Origin: Squalus acanthias
Taxonomy: Eukaryota
DNA: 64,000 bases
NCBI GenBank assembly: GCA_030390025.1
Contig: JASTWF010000036.1
Span: forward strand, 558,001 to 622,000
Direction: 5' to 3'
Every line of letters starts with the position of its first letter. Position 1 is the first letter of the stretch. Below, piece by piece: positions 41,099-51,209 of this stretch. The notes under the pieces are model-generated. The model made no database searches. It saw only the letters and a list, made by a program, of their open reading frames with translations, and was not told the origin of the DNA. The position numbers and the translations under genes were made by a program.

Positions 41099-41114
41099 GG
41101 AGCAGCCTGACTAA
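17661..41114 (+). CDS. ZEB2-like: Divergent ZEB-family zinc-finger transcriptional repressor, spliced: join(17661..17849, 28175..28342, 29340..29554, [missing ZF3 exon], 35865..37411, 39254..39437, 40753..41114); 5' partial
   Basis: ZEB-diagnostic peptides [71 protein letters not shown] and [12 protein letters not shown]...[22 protein letters not shown], in the ZEB exon order with AG/GT boundaries and matching phases. Confidence 0.95.
17880..18212. repeat. (GGAA)/(GGAT) compound microsatellite
   Basis: Directly visible. Confidence 0.95.
18213..18545 (-). mobile_element. Deu-domain SINE fragment
   Basis: Deu core and tail without the head. Confidence 0.85.
18720..19337. repeat. (CT)/(CTGT) low-complexity microsatellite
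   Basis: Directly visible. Confidence 0.95.
19425..20993 (-). mobile_element. L2-type LINE 3' end with an internal 37-38-bp G-rich array (19730-20993)
   Basis: Reverse complement of the L2 3' region seen at 28880-29205; unit GGAGGGTTGTAGGGGCTGGAGGAGGTTACAGAGATAG. Confidence 0.85.
21480..25192 (+). repeat. 27-bp minisatellite (CCAATAGGGGGC(A/G)CTATAATTGGATCA)n, ~135 units, in a ZEB intron
   Basis: 27-nt periodicity (IIGSPIGGT pseudo-ORFs); internal higher-order duplications of 240 bp and ~1450 bp. Confidence 0.97.
25530..26082 (+). repeat. ~49-50-bp minisatellite resembling the CR1 3' end (ACAGGGCTATGGGGAGAGAGCGGGGCAGTGGGATTAGTTTGGGATTGAT)
   Basis: Tandem units encoding the QGYGERAG terminus typical of CR1 ORF2. 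Confidence 0.88.
26480..28050 (-). mobile_element. Near-full Deu-domain SINE with tRNA-like head and ~1.15 kb 33-bp array
   Basis: Head on - strand GTGGCTCAGTGGGTAGCAC...GGGTTCGAGCCCC (A/B-box-like), then array, Deu core and tail. Confidence 0.88.
28175..28342 (+). CDS. ZEB2-like: ZEB exon before the N-terminal finger cluster ([13 protein letters not shown]...[17 protein letters not shown]...HAQ)
   Basis: Acceptor gtcttcgcag, donor AG|GTACCA, 168 nt, phase 1-1. [11 protein letters not shown] resembles ZEB2 YLQRSDTAIIY and ZEB1 FLQQQDTAVIF. Confidence 0.8.
28350..29205 (+). mobile_element. L2-type LINE ORF2 3' fragment
   Basis: [24 protein letters not shown] ... [13 protein letters not shown]...LQLIQNSAA...LHWLP...GRAFS..LWNSLP, motifs typical of L2. 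Confidence 0.88.
29340..29554 (+). CDS. ZEB2-like: ZEB exon encoding N-terminal zinc fingers 1-2
   Basis: [72 protein letters not shown]; acceptor gtttttcag, donor CAG|GTGAGA; 215 nt, phase 1-0. Confidence 0.96.
29630..30752. repeat. GA-rich low-complexity region with a duplicated ~65-bp unique segment (~29680-29745 and ~30410-30475)
   Basis: GAGCTGGATCGATCTTTGGCAGGGAAAGTGATGGAGGTGTATGAGAGAG occurs twice. Confidence 0.9.
31130..31600 (-). mobile_element. CR1 3' fragment
   Basis: [22 protein letters not shown] on - strand, with 3'UTR. Confidence 0.88.
32055..33495 (+). mobile_element. CR1 RT/3' fragment with a nested CR1 3' insert (~32272-32743)
   Basis: [10 protein letters not shown] host sequence broken at RKNRKAE and resumed at YLNGDRLG. 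Confidence 0.88.
33985..34515. repeat. (GA)n compound microsatellite
   Basis: Directly visible. Confidence 0.95.
34676..35175. other. Assembly gap (500 N)
   Basis: Run of exactly 500 N, typical of a fixed-size scaffold gap. Confidence 1.
35176..35816 (-). repeat. DeuSINE-derived 33-bp array ending ~50 nt before the ZEB large-exon acceptor
   Basis: Tandem 33-mers abutting the gap. Confidence 0.92.
35865..37411 (+). CDS. ZEB2-like: ZEB large central exon: N-cluster finger 4, SUMO motif, Smad-binding-like region, central finger, CtBP motifs
   Basis: Inside ORF 35852..37432. Acceptor cacacag|GG, donor CTG|GTAAGG. Contains [42 protein letters not shown] (36965-36979) and PLDLS (37049-37063). 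Confidence 0.95.
37430..38065 (+). mobile_element. CR1 3' fragment with short 43-45-bp tail array
   Basis: [17 protein letters not shown], then tandem AACAGGCTCGAGGGGGCTGAATGGCCTCCTCCTGTTCCTAATGT. Confidence 0.88.
38170..39210 (-). repeat. L2-derived 37-38-bp G-rich array
   Basis: Same unit as 19730-20993; ends ~45 nt before the ZEB exon at 39254. Confidence 0.93.
39254..39437 (+). CDS. ZEB2-like: ZEB exon with basic NLS-like stretch and first C-terminal zinc finger
   Basis: [61 protein letters not shown]; acceptor ttcgcag, donor G|GTGAGT; 184 nt, phase 0-1. Confidence 0.96.
39470..39952 (-). mobile_element. CR1 3' fragment
   Basis: Reverse complement of the 13332-13815 family. Confidence 0.87.
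39950..40687. repeat. 67-68-bp minisatellite (inverted relative to 12400-13331)
   Basis: Tandem periodicity. Confidence 0.95.
40753..41114 (+). CDS. ZEB2-like: ZEB last coding exon: C-terminal fingers 2-3 and acidic tail, TAA stop
   Basis: [59 protein letters not shown]...poly-Glu QPD*; acceptor ccccgcag. Confidence 0.97.
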
Positions 41115-41514
41115 GGGCACGCCACCAGAGAGAGAGAGAGAGAGATGTTGGCCAACTAGATGAATCTGTTGGTACTAACAAGCCTTGTTGGCCACCTCCC
41201 TAGTCCACATCAAGACCAAATAGCACTTTGCAAGAAATTCACATTCCGCTATTAAGACAGATACCAGTCTGTTGGCGTTCAACTCGTGCCTGGGACGCAC
41301 GCGTTACCTCTCCAATATTCGCCAAGATGCAGAGGCCACAGAGAAGGAGTCACCAACTTCGAAGGAAGCTCCCAGTTCTGACAAAACCGAACAAAATCGA
41401 CCAAACAAATCTGCGAGAGGGGGGTTGTTCCAATTTTGGATACCTTTCCTTCCACCACCCCCTCCGCCCCCCCGCACCTTCCCGCGCTCGTTTGGCATCT
41501 CAGGTTTCTGTTCT

Positions 41515-42075
41515 CTTAGGAACACAAGAATTCGGAGCAGGAGTAGGCCACTCGGCCCTTCGAGCCTGCTCCACCATTCAATAAGATCGTGGCTGATCTT
41601 CGACCTCAACTCCACTTTCCCGCCCGATCCCCATATCCCTCGATTCCCCTAGAGTCCAAAAATCTATCGATCTCAGCCTTGAATATACTCAACGGCTGAG
41701 CATCCACAGCCCTCTGGGGTAGAGAATTCCAAAGATTCACCACCCTCTGAGTGAAGAAATTCCTCCTCATCTCAGTCCTAAATGGCTGACCCCTTATCCT
41801 GAGACTGTGCCCCCTTAGTTCTAGACTCCCCAGTCAGGGGGGAAACAGCCTCTCAGCATCCACCCTGTCAATCCGTCTAAGAATTTTATACGTTTCAATG
41901 AGATCATCTCTCATTCTTCTAAACTTCAGAGTATAAGTCCAATCTACTCAATCTCTCCTCTCATGCCAGGGATCAGTCTAGTGAACCTTCGTTGCGCCAC
42001 CTCCGAGGCAAGTATACCCTTCCTTAGATAAGGAGACCAAAACTGTGCGCAGTACTCCAGGTGTGGTCTTGCCAA
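41515..42075 (-). mobile_element. CR1 3' fragment in the putative ZEB 3'UTR
   Basis: Reverse-complement CR1 ORF2 end and 3'UTR. Confidence 0.87.
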
Positions 42076-42214
42076 ATTTCTGGAGTCATTCAGTGGACCC
42101 TATCAATGGGCGAGATTGGGTATTTGCGCAAGAATTATCAATGAGTTATATCAATGACGTTCTCTGTAATGCATGCCTCCTGGTGCCTCTCGGGCTAAAA
42201 ATGCCCGCTGAGAT

Positions 42215-42747
42215 GGTCACCACCTTATAGGAACGATCTGATCGCACTGGAGAGGGTGCGGAGGAGATTTACCAGGATGTTTGCCAGGACTGGGGAATTT
42301 TAGCGAATGAGGAAAGATTGGATAAGGCTGGGGTTGTTTTCTTTGGAACAGAGGAGGCTGAGGGGGAGATCTAATTGAGGTGTATAAAATGACGAGGGGC
42401 CGAGATAGATGTGGATAGGAAGGACCTATTTCCCTTAGCGTAGAGGTCAACAACCAGGGGGGGCACAGATTTAAAGTAATTGGTAGAAGGATTAGAGGGC
42501 AGTTGAGGAGAATGTTTTTCACCCAGAGGGTGGTGGGGGTCTGGAACTCACTGCCTGAAAGGGTGGTAGAGGCAGAGACCCTCGTCACATTTAAAAAGTA
42601 CTTGGATATGCACTTGAAGTAACCTACAGGGCTACGGACCGAGAGCGGGAAAGTGGGATTAGACTGGGATAGTTCTTTGCTGGCCGGCACGGACAAGATG
42701 GGCCAAACGGCCTCCTTCTCCGCTGTTAATTTCTATCATTCTATGTG
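42215..42747 (+). mobile_element. CR1 3' fragment (different subfamily)
   Basis: LGLFSLEQRRLRG...FTQRVVGVWNSLPERVV and tail. Confidence 0.85.
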
Positions 42748-43127
42748 GGGTGGAGGCAAATTCTTCTCCACCCCACGCAAACGTTAACCGCACCAAACTA
42801 AACGGGGGTGGTCCAAATTTGACCGTTGACCTCTGCTCCTGGGCCGATGACACATTTGACCCCTGTTGGACAGGGTCAGGCGAGGGGAGCTTTGCCCGCC
42901 CGATAGGATATGGAGCGTAACCAACCACCGAAAGTCCTTGGTGTGAAATGGCAGCTAACGTGGACACACAACGCAAGCAGTAGAATGAGATGCATTGGCT
43001 GCGGTGCTGTGAGGGCCAATACCAATCTTGCACTACAATAGTGATCTTGGGCAATGCACTATTAATTCCCCTCTGCAATGCACTATTCATTCACCAGGGC
43101 TCCCCCTGTGTAATGCACTATTCAGTC

Positions 43128-44512
43128 CGGGTATCTGTTATTCTATATATAACCCCCCCACCTCCAAACCCCTCGATTAGATTCCAGCCTGTAACTCACT
43201 CCCGGGTACCTGTTATTCTATATATAAACCCCCGAACCCCTCGATTAGATTCCAGCCTGTAACTCACTCCCGGGTACCTGTTATTCTATATATAAACCCC
43301 CGAACCCCTCGATTAGATTCCAGCCTGTAACTCACTCCCGGGTACCTGTTATTCTATATATAAACCCCCGAACCCCTCGATTAGATTCCAGCCTGTAACT
43401 CACTCCCGGGTACCTGTTATTCTATATATAAACCCCCGAACCCCTCGATTAGATTCCAGCCTGTAACTCACTCCCGGGTACCTGTTATTCTATATATAAA
43501 CCCCCGAACCCCTCGATTAGATTCCAGCCTGTAACTCACTCCCGGGTATCCGTTATTCTATATATAAACCCCCACCGAACCCCTCGATTAGATTCCAGCC
43601 TGTAACTCACTCCCGGGAAGCTGTTATTCTATATATAAACCCCCCTGAACCCCTCGATTAGATTCCAACCTGTAACTCACTCCCGGGTATCCGTTATTCT
43701 ATATATATTCCCCCCGAACCCCTCGATTAGATTCCAGCCTGGATCTCACTTCCGGGTATCCGTTATTCTATATATAATCCCCCCGAACCCCACGATTAGA
43801 TTCCAGCCTGGATCTCACTCCCGGGTACCTGTTATTCTATATATAAACCCCCCGAACCCCTCGATTAGATTCCAGCCTGTAACTCACTCCCGGGTATCCG
43901 TTATTCTATATATAAACCCCCACCGAACCCCTCGATTAGATTCCAGCCTGTAACTCACTCCCGGGAAGCTGTTATTCTATATATAAACCCCCCCGAACCC
44001 CTCGATTAGATTCCAACCTGTAACTCACTCCCGGGTATCCGTTATTCTATATATATTCCCCCCGAACCCCTCGATTAGATTCCAGCCTGGATCTCACTTC
44101 CGGGTATCCGTTATTCTATATATAATCCCCCCGAACCCCACGATTAGATTCCAGCCTGGATCTCACTCCCGGGTACCTGTTATTCTATATATAAACCCCC
44201 CGAACCCCTCAATTAGATTCCAACCTGTAACTCACTCCTGGGTATCTGTTATTCTATATATAAACCCCCCGAACCCCTCGATTAGATTCCAGCCTGTAAC
44301 TCACTCCCGGGTATCCGTTATTCTATATATAAACATCCCCGAACCCCTCGATTAGATTCCAGCCTGTAACTCACTCCCGGGTATCTGTTATTCTATATAT
44401 AAACCCCCCGAACCCCTCGATTAGATTCCAGCCTGTAACTCACTCCCGGGTATCTGTTATTCTATGTATAAACCTCCCCCGAACCCCTCGGTTAGATTCC
44501 AACCTGTCATTC
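43128..44512. repeat. 68-70-bp minisatellite (GTTATTCTATATATAAACCCCCGAACCCCTCGATTAGATTCCAGCCTGTAACTCACTCCCGGGTACCT)
   Basis: Tandem periodicity, ~20 copies. Confidence 0.96.
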
Positions 44513-44624
44513 ATTATCGGGAATCTATAGTGACTCTTCAACAGCCCTTCACAATGTACAAACATTTTGGAATACAGTATATGAGTAACCTGAGATGGGA
44601 CGTGTGGTAGGTTTTGGAGAAACC

Positions 44625-45075
44625 TCCAAGGGCGCTTCACAGGAGCGATTATCAAACAGCTTTTGACACCGAGCCACATAAGGAGATATTAGGGACAGGA
44701 GACCAAAAGCTTGGTCAAAGAGGGAGGTTTTAGGAGCGTCTAAAAGGAGGAGAGAGAGAGAGAGAGAGAGAGGCGGAGAGGTTTAGGGAGGGAATTCCAG
44801 AGCTCGGGGCCCAGGCGGCTGAAGGCACGGCTGCCAATGGTGGAGCGAAGGATGCGGTGGGGGTCATGCGCAAGAGGCCGGAATTGGAGGAGCGCAGAGA
44901 TCTGGGAGGGCTGGAGGAGGTTACAGAGATAGGGAGAGGGGACGAGGCGGAGTAAGGATTTGAACAGGAGGATGGGAACTTTAAAAATTGAGGCGGTGCC
45001 GGAGCAGGAAGTCAGTGAGTACGAACGAGACTTGGTGCGAGTTAGGACACGGGCAGCAGGATTTAGGATGATTTG
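44625..45075 (-). mobile_element. L2-type LINE 3' fragment
   Basis: Homologous to 19430-19740 and to the reverse complement of 28730-29205. Confidence 0.82.
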
Positions 45076-45087
45076 CAGATAAAAGAG

Positions 45088-45895
45088 AAAGAAAAACTTG
45101 CATTTAACCCGCGCCTTTCACCACCTCAGGACGTCCCAAAGCGCTTTACAGCCAATGAAGTACGTTTTTTTGATGTGTAGTCACTGTTGTAATGTAGGAA
45201 ACGCAGCAGACAATTTGCGCACAGCAAGCTCCCACAAACCGCTGTGTGATAAATGGCCAGACCGTCTGGTTTTTTTAGTGATGTTGGTTGAGGGATAAAT
45301 ATTGGCCCCAGGACACCGGGGAGAACTCCCCCCCCTGCTCTTCTTTGAAATAGTGGCCCTGGGATCTTTTACATCCACCTGAGAGGGCAGACGGGGCCTC
45401 GGTTTAACATCTCGTCCGAAAGACGGCCCCTCCGACAGTGCAGCGCTCCCTCAGTACCGCCCCTCCGACAGTGCGGCGCTCCCTCAGTACTGCCCCTCCG
45501 ACAGTGCGGCGCTCCCTCAGTACTGCCCCTCCGACAGTGCGGCATTCCCTCAGTACTGCCCCTCCGACAGTGCGGCGCTCCCTCAGTACTATCCCTCCGA
45601 CAGTGCGGCGCTCCCTCAGTACTGCCCCTCCGACAGTGCGGCGCTCCCTCAGTACTGTCCCTCCGACAGTGAGGCGCTCCCTCAGTACCGCCCCTCCGAC
45701 AGTGCGGCGCTCCCTCAGTACTGCCCCTCCGACAGTGCGGCACTCCCTCAGTACTGCCCCTCCGACAGTGCGGCGCTCCCTCAGTACTGCCCCTCCGACA
45801 GTGCGGCACTCCCTCAGTACTGCCCCTCCGACAGTGCGGCGCTCCCTCAGTACTGCACTGGAATGTCAGCCTAGATTATTGTGCTCTAGTCTTGG
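45088..45895 (-). mobile_element. Deu-domain SINE with 33-bp array
   Basis: Tail, Deu core, ~13 array units and partial head. Confidence 0.88.
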
Positions 45896-46350
45896 GAGCC
45901 TGGATGAAAAGTTTGGTCTCGATAACAAGTCTAGGTGTCGTCACTTTTACCACATCAGTGTTACTTTATAAAGCCACCACCATCAGTGTTGTAGCTAATG
46001 ATATTGCGTGTCTTCAGCATGCAGGATTTTATTTATTTATCGACGCCATATACACTAGTGCAGAAATTGTTGGAACCCTCAAAATACATTTAAAAATAAA
46101 AATGTTTGTTCTGTTGCCATTTAAGGTGCAAAGTTTCGGTCTAACGATCTGCTTTTGTTTACTTTTATCTTTTACAAAATTTTGTTTTTAAAAATAAAGA
46201 AAACTATATCAGTTTAAATTTTAAACACTTTATAAAATAAATGTGGTTTCTGTATTTTTCAAGAGAAGCAATGCATGATGACAAATTGTGAAAACTCATC
46301 TATAAACAGTATTACTGAAAGAAAGATTCGTTTTCATTTTAATTTCTTCT
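45895..46350 (+). promoter_or_regulatory. Putative distal ZEB 3'UTR block with miR-200-family seed matches and polyadenylation hexamers
   Basis: AT-rich unique block. CAGTGTTA 45956-45963, CAGTGTT 45984-45990, CAGTATTA 46307-46314; AATAAA at 46095, 46193 and 46236. Confidence 0.55.
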
Positions 46351-46354
46351 TTGT

Positions 46355-46760
46355 GCTGTCCCCATCAAACACTCCCAGGGCAGGTACAGCACGGGGTTAG
46401 ATACAGAGTAAAGCTCCCTCTACACTGTCCCATCAAACACTCCCAGGGCAGGTACAGCACGGGGTTAGATACAGAGTAAAGCTCCCTCGACACTGTCCCA
46501 TCAAACACTCCCGGGGCAAGTACAGCACGGGGTTAGATACAGAGTAAAGCTCCCTCTACACTGTCCAGTCAAACACTCCCAGGGCAGGTACAGCACGGGT
46601 TAGATACAGAGTAAAGCTCCCTCTACACTGTCCCATCAAACACTCCCAGGGCAGGTACAGCACGGGTTAGATACAGAGTAAAGCTCCATCTACACTGTCA
46701 CATCAAACACTCCCAGGGCAGGTACAGCACGGGGTTAGATACAGAGTAAAGCTCCCTCCT
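46355..46760. repeat. 67-68-bp minisatellite
   Basis: Same family as 39950-40687. Confidence 0.93.
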
Positions 46761-47204
46761 ATATCTGCTGCCGTATGGTTTGAACTTGCGGTTGACGGCA
46801 GACATCGCACAATCTCGTCGAATTCTGACTGTGCATTAAAAGCAGACTCAGACCCGTCCTGCCATTGTGCGAGGCCACTCATTTCATCTTCTGGTGTGTC
46901 ATCCTGTCGCCATGCGTCATTCACATCTGGGTTTGATGTTGGACATGTGACGCAGGTCGCGTTCTATTTTTTTCTGCTCTGCTCTCGCCTCCGCCTCCTC
47001 CCACTCTAAACAACAAAAAAAATTAGGTGAAATCAACAAGCAGCGACAGCGCGTTCCCACAGCTGTCCTCAGGACCCGCGGCCGAGGGAGGTGGAACAAT
47101 CTGCCCGCCAGGGTTCCCATTGGTGATCGCTGCCCCCTCCTGGAATTCCTGTGTGTGTGTGTGTGTGTGTGTGTTCACGTGTTTCTCAGTGCGTGTGTGC
47201 ACGT

Positions 47205-48482
47205 GTCGGCCGTGGCTCAGTGGGTAAGTGGGGGTTCGAGCCCCGCTCCAGAGACTTGAACATATAATCTAGGCCGGCACTCCCAGTGCAGTACTGAGGG
47301 AGCGCCGCACTGTCGGAGGGGCAGTACTGAGGGAGAGCCGCACTGTCGGAGGGGCGGTACTGAGGGAGCGCCGCACTGTCGGAGGGGCAGTACTGAGGGA
47401 GCGCCGCACTGTCGGAGGGGCGGTACTGAGGGAGCGCCGCACTGTCGGAGGGGCGGTACTGAGGGAGCACCGCACTGTCGGAGGGGCAGTACTGAGGGAG
47501 CACCGCACTGTCGGAGGGGCAGTACTGAGGGAGCGCCGCACTGTCAGAGGGGCAGTACTGAGGGAGCGCCGCACTGTCGGAGGGGCAGTACTGAGGGAGC
47601 GCCGCACTGTCGGAGGGGCGGTACTGAGGGAGCGCGGCACTGTCGGAGGGGCAGTAGTGAGGGAGCGCCGCACTGTCGGAGGGGCCGTACTGAGGGAGCG
47701 TCGCACTGTCGGAGGGTCGGTACTGAGGGAGCGCCGCACCGTCGGAGGGGCAGTACTGAGGGAGCGCCGCACTGTCGGAGGGGCGGTACTGAGGGAGCGC
47801 CGCACTGTCGGAGGGGCGGTACTGAGGGAGCGCGGCACTGTCGGAGGGGCAGTAGTGAGGGAGCGCCGCACTGTCGGAGGGGCCGTACTGAGGGAGCGTC
47901 GCACTGTCGGAGGGTCGGTACTGAGGGAGCGCCGCACCGTCGGAGGGGCAGTACTGAGGGAGCGCCGCACTGTCGGAGGGGCGGTACTGAGGGAGCGCCG
48001 CACTGTCGGAGGGGCGGTACTGAGGGAGCGCCGCACTGTTGGAGGGGCAGTACTGAGGGAGCGCCGCACCGTCGGGGGGCGGTACTGAGGGAGCGCCGCA
48101 CTGTCGGAGGGGCAGTACTGAGGGAGCGCCGCACTATCGGAGGTGCCGTCTTTTGGATGAGACGTTAAACCGAGGCCCCGTCTGCCCTCTCAGGTGGATG
48201 TAAAAGATCCCACGGCCACTATTTTGAAGAAGAGCAGGGGGAGTTCTCCCCGGCGTCCTGAGGTCAATATTTATCCCTCGATCACCATCGCTAAAAAACA
48301 GATGATCTGGTCATTTATCACATTGCTGTTTGTGGGAGCTTGCTGTGCGCAAATTGGCTGCCGTGTTTCCTACATTACAACAGTGACCACACTTCAAAAA
48401 AAGTACTTCATTGGCTGTGAAACGCTTTGGGACGTCCTGAGGTGGTGAAAGGCGCCGGAGAAATGCGAGTCTTTCTTTCTGT
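47205..48482 (+). mobile_element. Deu-domain SINE with tRNA-like head and 33-bp array
   Basis: GGCCGTGGCTCAGTGGGT...GGGTTCGAGCCC head, array, Deu core and TCTTTCTTT tail. Confidence 0.9.
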
Positions 48483-48839
48483 CTGTGTGTACATGTGTGT
48501 GTATGCCCCCCGCGTGAGTGTGTGTGGGTGTGTCTGTGTGTGCGTGCACGGGGAAGGGTTGGGCACGGGCGCGCTGCCTCCGGCCCCACACAGCCCAATA
48601 GCCCGCCAACACTCATCGTCTTCCTACCTGATGATCGCGAGTTGGTGTGTTGTCGACATTCCTCCACAAAGCACGATCCCTTTATTCACACCGCACCCCC
48701 CATCTCCGCAGAGCCAAGGGCAGGTAATGCTTTCAGGAGAGCGGGGGGGCGGGGGGGTGGAGGATAAATATTGGAAGGAGGGGGCTTGAAATAAAAGAGA
48801 AATAAATTAAGCGCGGGCGAGCCCTGGGGTTGCAATGGT

Positions 48840-50240
48840 TCATAGAAAAATAAGAGCAGGAGTCGGCCATTCGGCCCTTCGAGCCTGCTCCGCCATTCAA
48901 TATGATCATGGCTGATACTCTATCTCAATACCATATTCCCATTCTCTCCCCATAACCCTTGATGCCTTTTGTGTCCAGAAATCTATCTATCTCCTTCTTA
49001 AATATATTCAGTGACTTGGCCTCCACAGCCTTCTGTGGTAGAGAATTCCACAGGTTCACCACCCTCTGAGTGAAGACATTTCTCCTCATCTCAGTCCTAA
49101 ATGGCTTACCCCTTATCCTTAGACTGTGACCCCTGGTTCTGGACTCCCCAGTCAGGGGAAACATCCTCCCTGCATCCAGTCTGTCTAGCCCTGTCAGAAT
49201 TTTATATGTTTCAATGAGATCCCCTCTCATTCTTCTAAACTCTGGTGAATACAGGCCTAGTCGACCCAATCTCTCCTCATACGACAGTCCTGCCATCCCA
49301 GGAATCAGTCTGGTGAACCTTCGCTGCACTCCCTCTATGGCAAGTATATCCTTTCTTCGGTAAGGAGACCAAAACTGCACACAGTACTCCAGGTGTGGTC
49401 TCACCAAGGCCCTGTATAACTGTAGTAAGACATCCTTGCTCCTGTACTCAAATCCTCTTGCAACGAAGGCCAACATACCATTTGCCTTCCTAACTGTTTG
49501 CTGCTCCTGCATGTTTGCTTTCAGTGACTGGTGTACAAGGACACCCAGGTCCCTTTGTACATCAGCATTTCCCAATCTATCACCATTTAAATAATACTCT
49601 GCCTTTCTATTTTTCCTACCGACGTGGATAACTTCACATTTATAGAAACAGAGAAGATAGGAGCAGGAGTAGGCCATTCAGCCCCTCGAGCCCGCTCCAC
49701 CATTCAATGAGATCATGGCTGCTCATCCAAATTCAGTACCCTGTCCCTGCCTTCTCCCCATATCCCTTGATCCCTTTAGCTTTAAGAAATATATCTAACT
49801 CCTTCTTGAATATATTTTATGAATTGGCCTCTACTGCCTTCTGTGGTAGAGAATTCCACAGGTTCACCACTCTCTGGGTGAAGAAATTCCTCCTCATCTC
49901 AGTCCTAAATGGCTTACCCCTTATCCTTAGACTGTGACCCCTGGTTCTGGACTCCCCCGCCATCGGGAACATCCTTCCTGCATCTAGTCTGTCTAGTCCT
50001 GTTAGAATTTTATAAGTTTCAATGAGATCTCCTCTCATTCTTCTAAACTCTAGCGAATATAAGCCCAATCGACCCAATCTCTCTTCATACGTCATTCCTG
50101 CCATCCCAGGTATCAGGTATCAGCGATTTATCCACGTTGTACTGCATCTCTGCCATGTATTTATCCACTCGCCCAACGTGTCTAAATCGCCTTGAAGCCT
50201 CTTTGCGTCCTCCTCACAACTCGCAGTCCCACCTAGCTCG
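48840..50240 (-). mobile_element. CR1 fragment with a nested CR1 3' insert (49644-50125) flanked by an ATTTAT duplication
   Basis: ORFs 48925..49677 and 49817..50104 both encode the CR1 ORF2 C-terminus; ATTTAT at 49638-49643 and 50126-50131. Confidence 0.9.
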
Positions 50241-50344
50241 CACGAGAGCCGTTAGAGAATCCGGTGGTCCGCGATGTTGGGGCTAAAAATCCGAACACGA
50301 ACCGACATTCCCACAGGGAGGGAAGGTGCAAGTTAAATCAAACC

Positions 50345-51062
50345 TGGTGCATGAAACACAGAAGGTTAGTATGCAGGTACAGCAGGTGATCAGGAAGGCC
50401 AATGGAATCTTGGCTTTTATTGCAAGGGGGATGGAGTATAAAAGCAGGGAAGTCTTGCTTCAGCTATACAAGGTACTGGTGAGGCCACACCTGGAGTACT
50501 GCGTACAGTTTTGGTTTCCATATTGAAGAAAAGATATACTTGCTCTCGAGGCAGTTCAGAGAAGGTTCACTCGGTTGATTCCGGAGATGAGGGGGTTGAC
50601 TTATGAGGAAAGGTTGAGTAGGTTGGGCCTCTACTCATTGGAATTCAGAAGAATGAGAGGCGATCTTATCGAAACATATAAGATTGTGAGGGGGCTTGAT
50701 CGGGTGGAGGCGGGGAGGATGTTTCCACTGATGGGTGAGACTAGAACTAGGGGGCATAATCTTAGAATAAGGGGCTGCCGTTTGAAAACTGAGATGAGGA
50801 GAAACTTCTTCACTCCGAGGGTAGTAAATCTATGGAATTTGCTACCTCAGAGAGCTGTGGAAGCTGCGACATTAAATAAATTTAAAACGGAGATAGACAG
50901 TTTCCTAGCTGATAAGGGAATGAAGGGTTATGGGGAGCGGGCAGGGAAGTGGACGTGAGTCTAGGTTCGGATCAGCCATGATCCTATTGAATGGCGGAGC
51001 AGGCCCGAAGGGTCGTATGGCCGACTCCTGCTCCTACTTCTTATGTTCTTATGTTCTTATGT
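50345..51062 (+). mobile_element. CR1 3' fragment
   Basis: KANGILAFIARG...[11 protein letters not shown]...; (TTCTTATG)n tail. Confidence 0.9.
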
Positions 51063-51209
51063 AAACCACCTCGCTGCAGCTTGTCAAGCTTTTGCAGTGT
51101 AGACGTTGTTGGAAACGCGGCTTAGCCAGTTTGCGCACCGCAAAGCTCCCGCACACGGCAACGAAATGAATGAGCAGATTATCAATGTTTGAGTGATGCT
51201 GGTTGAGGG

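Noticed and set aside
41221..41250. Single miR-17/miR-430-type (AGCACTTT) and miR-1-type (ACATTCC) seed matches in the proximal 3'UTR
   Set aside because: Isolated 7-8-mers are expected by chance, and conservation cannot be assessed here.
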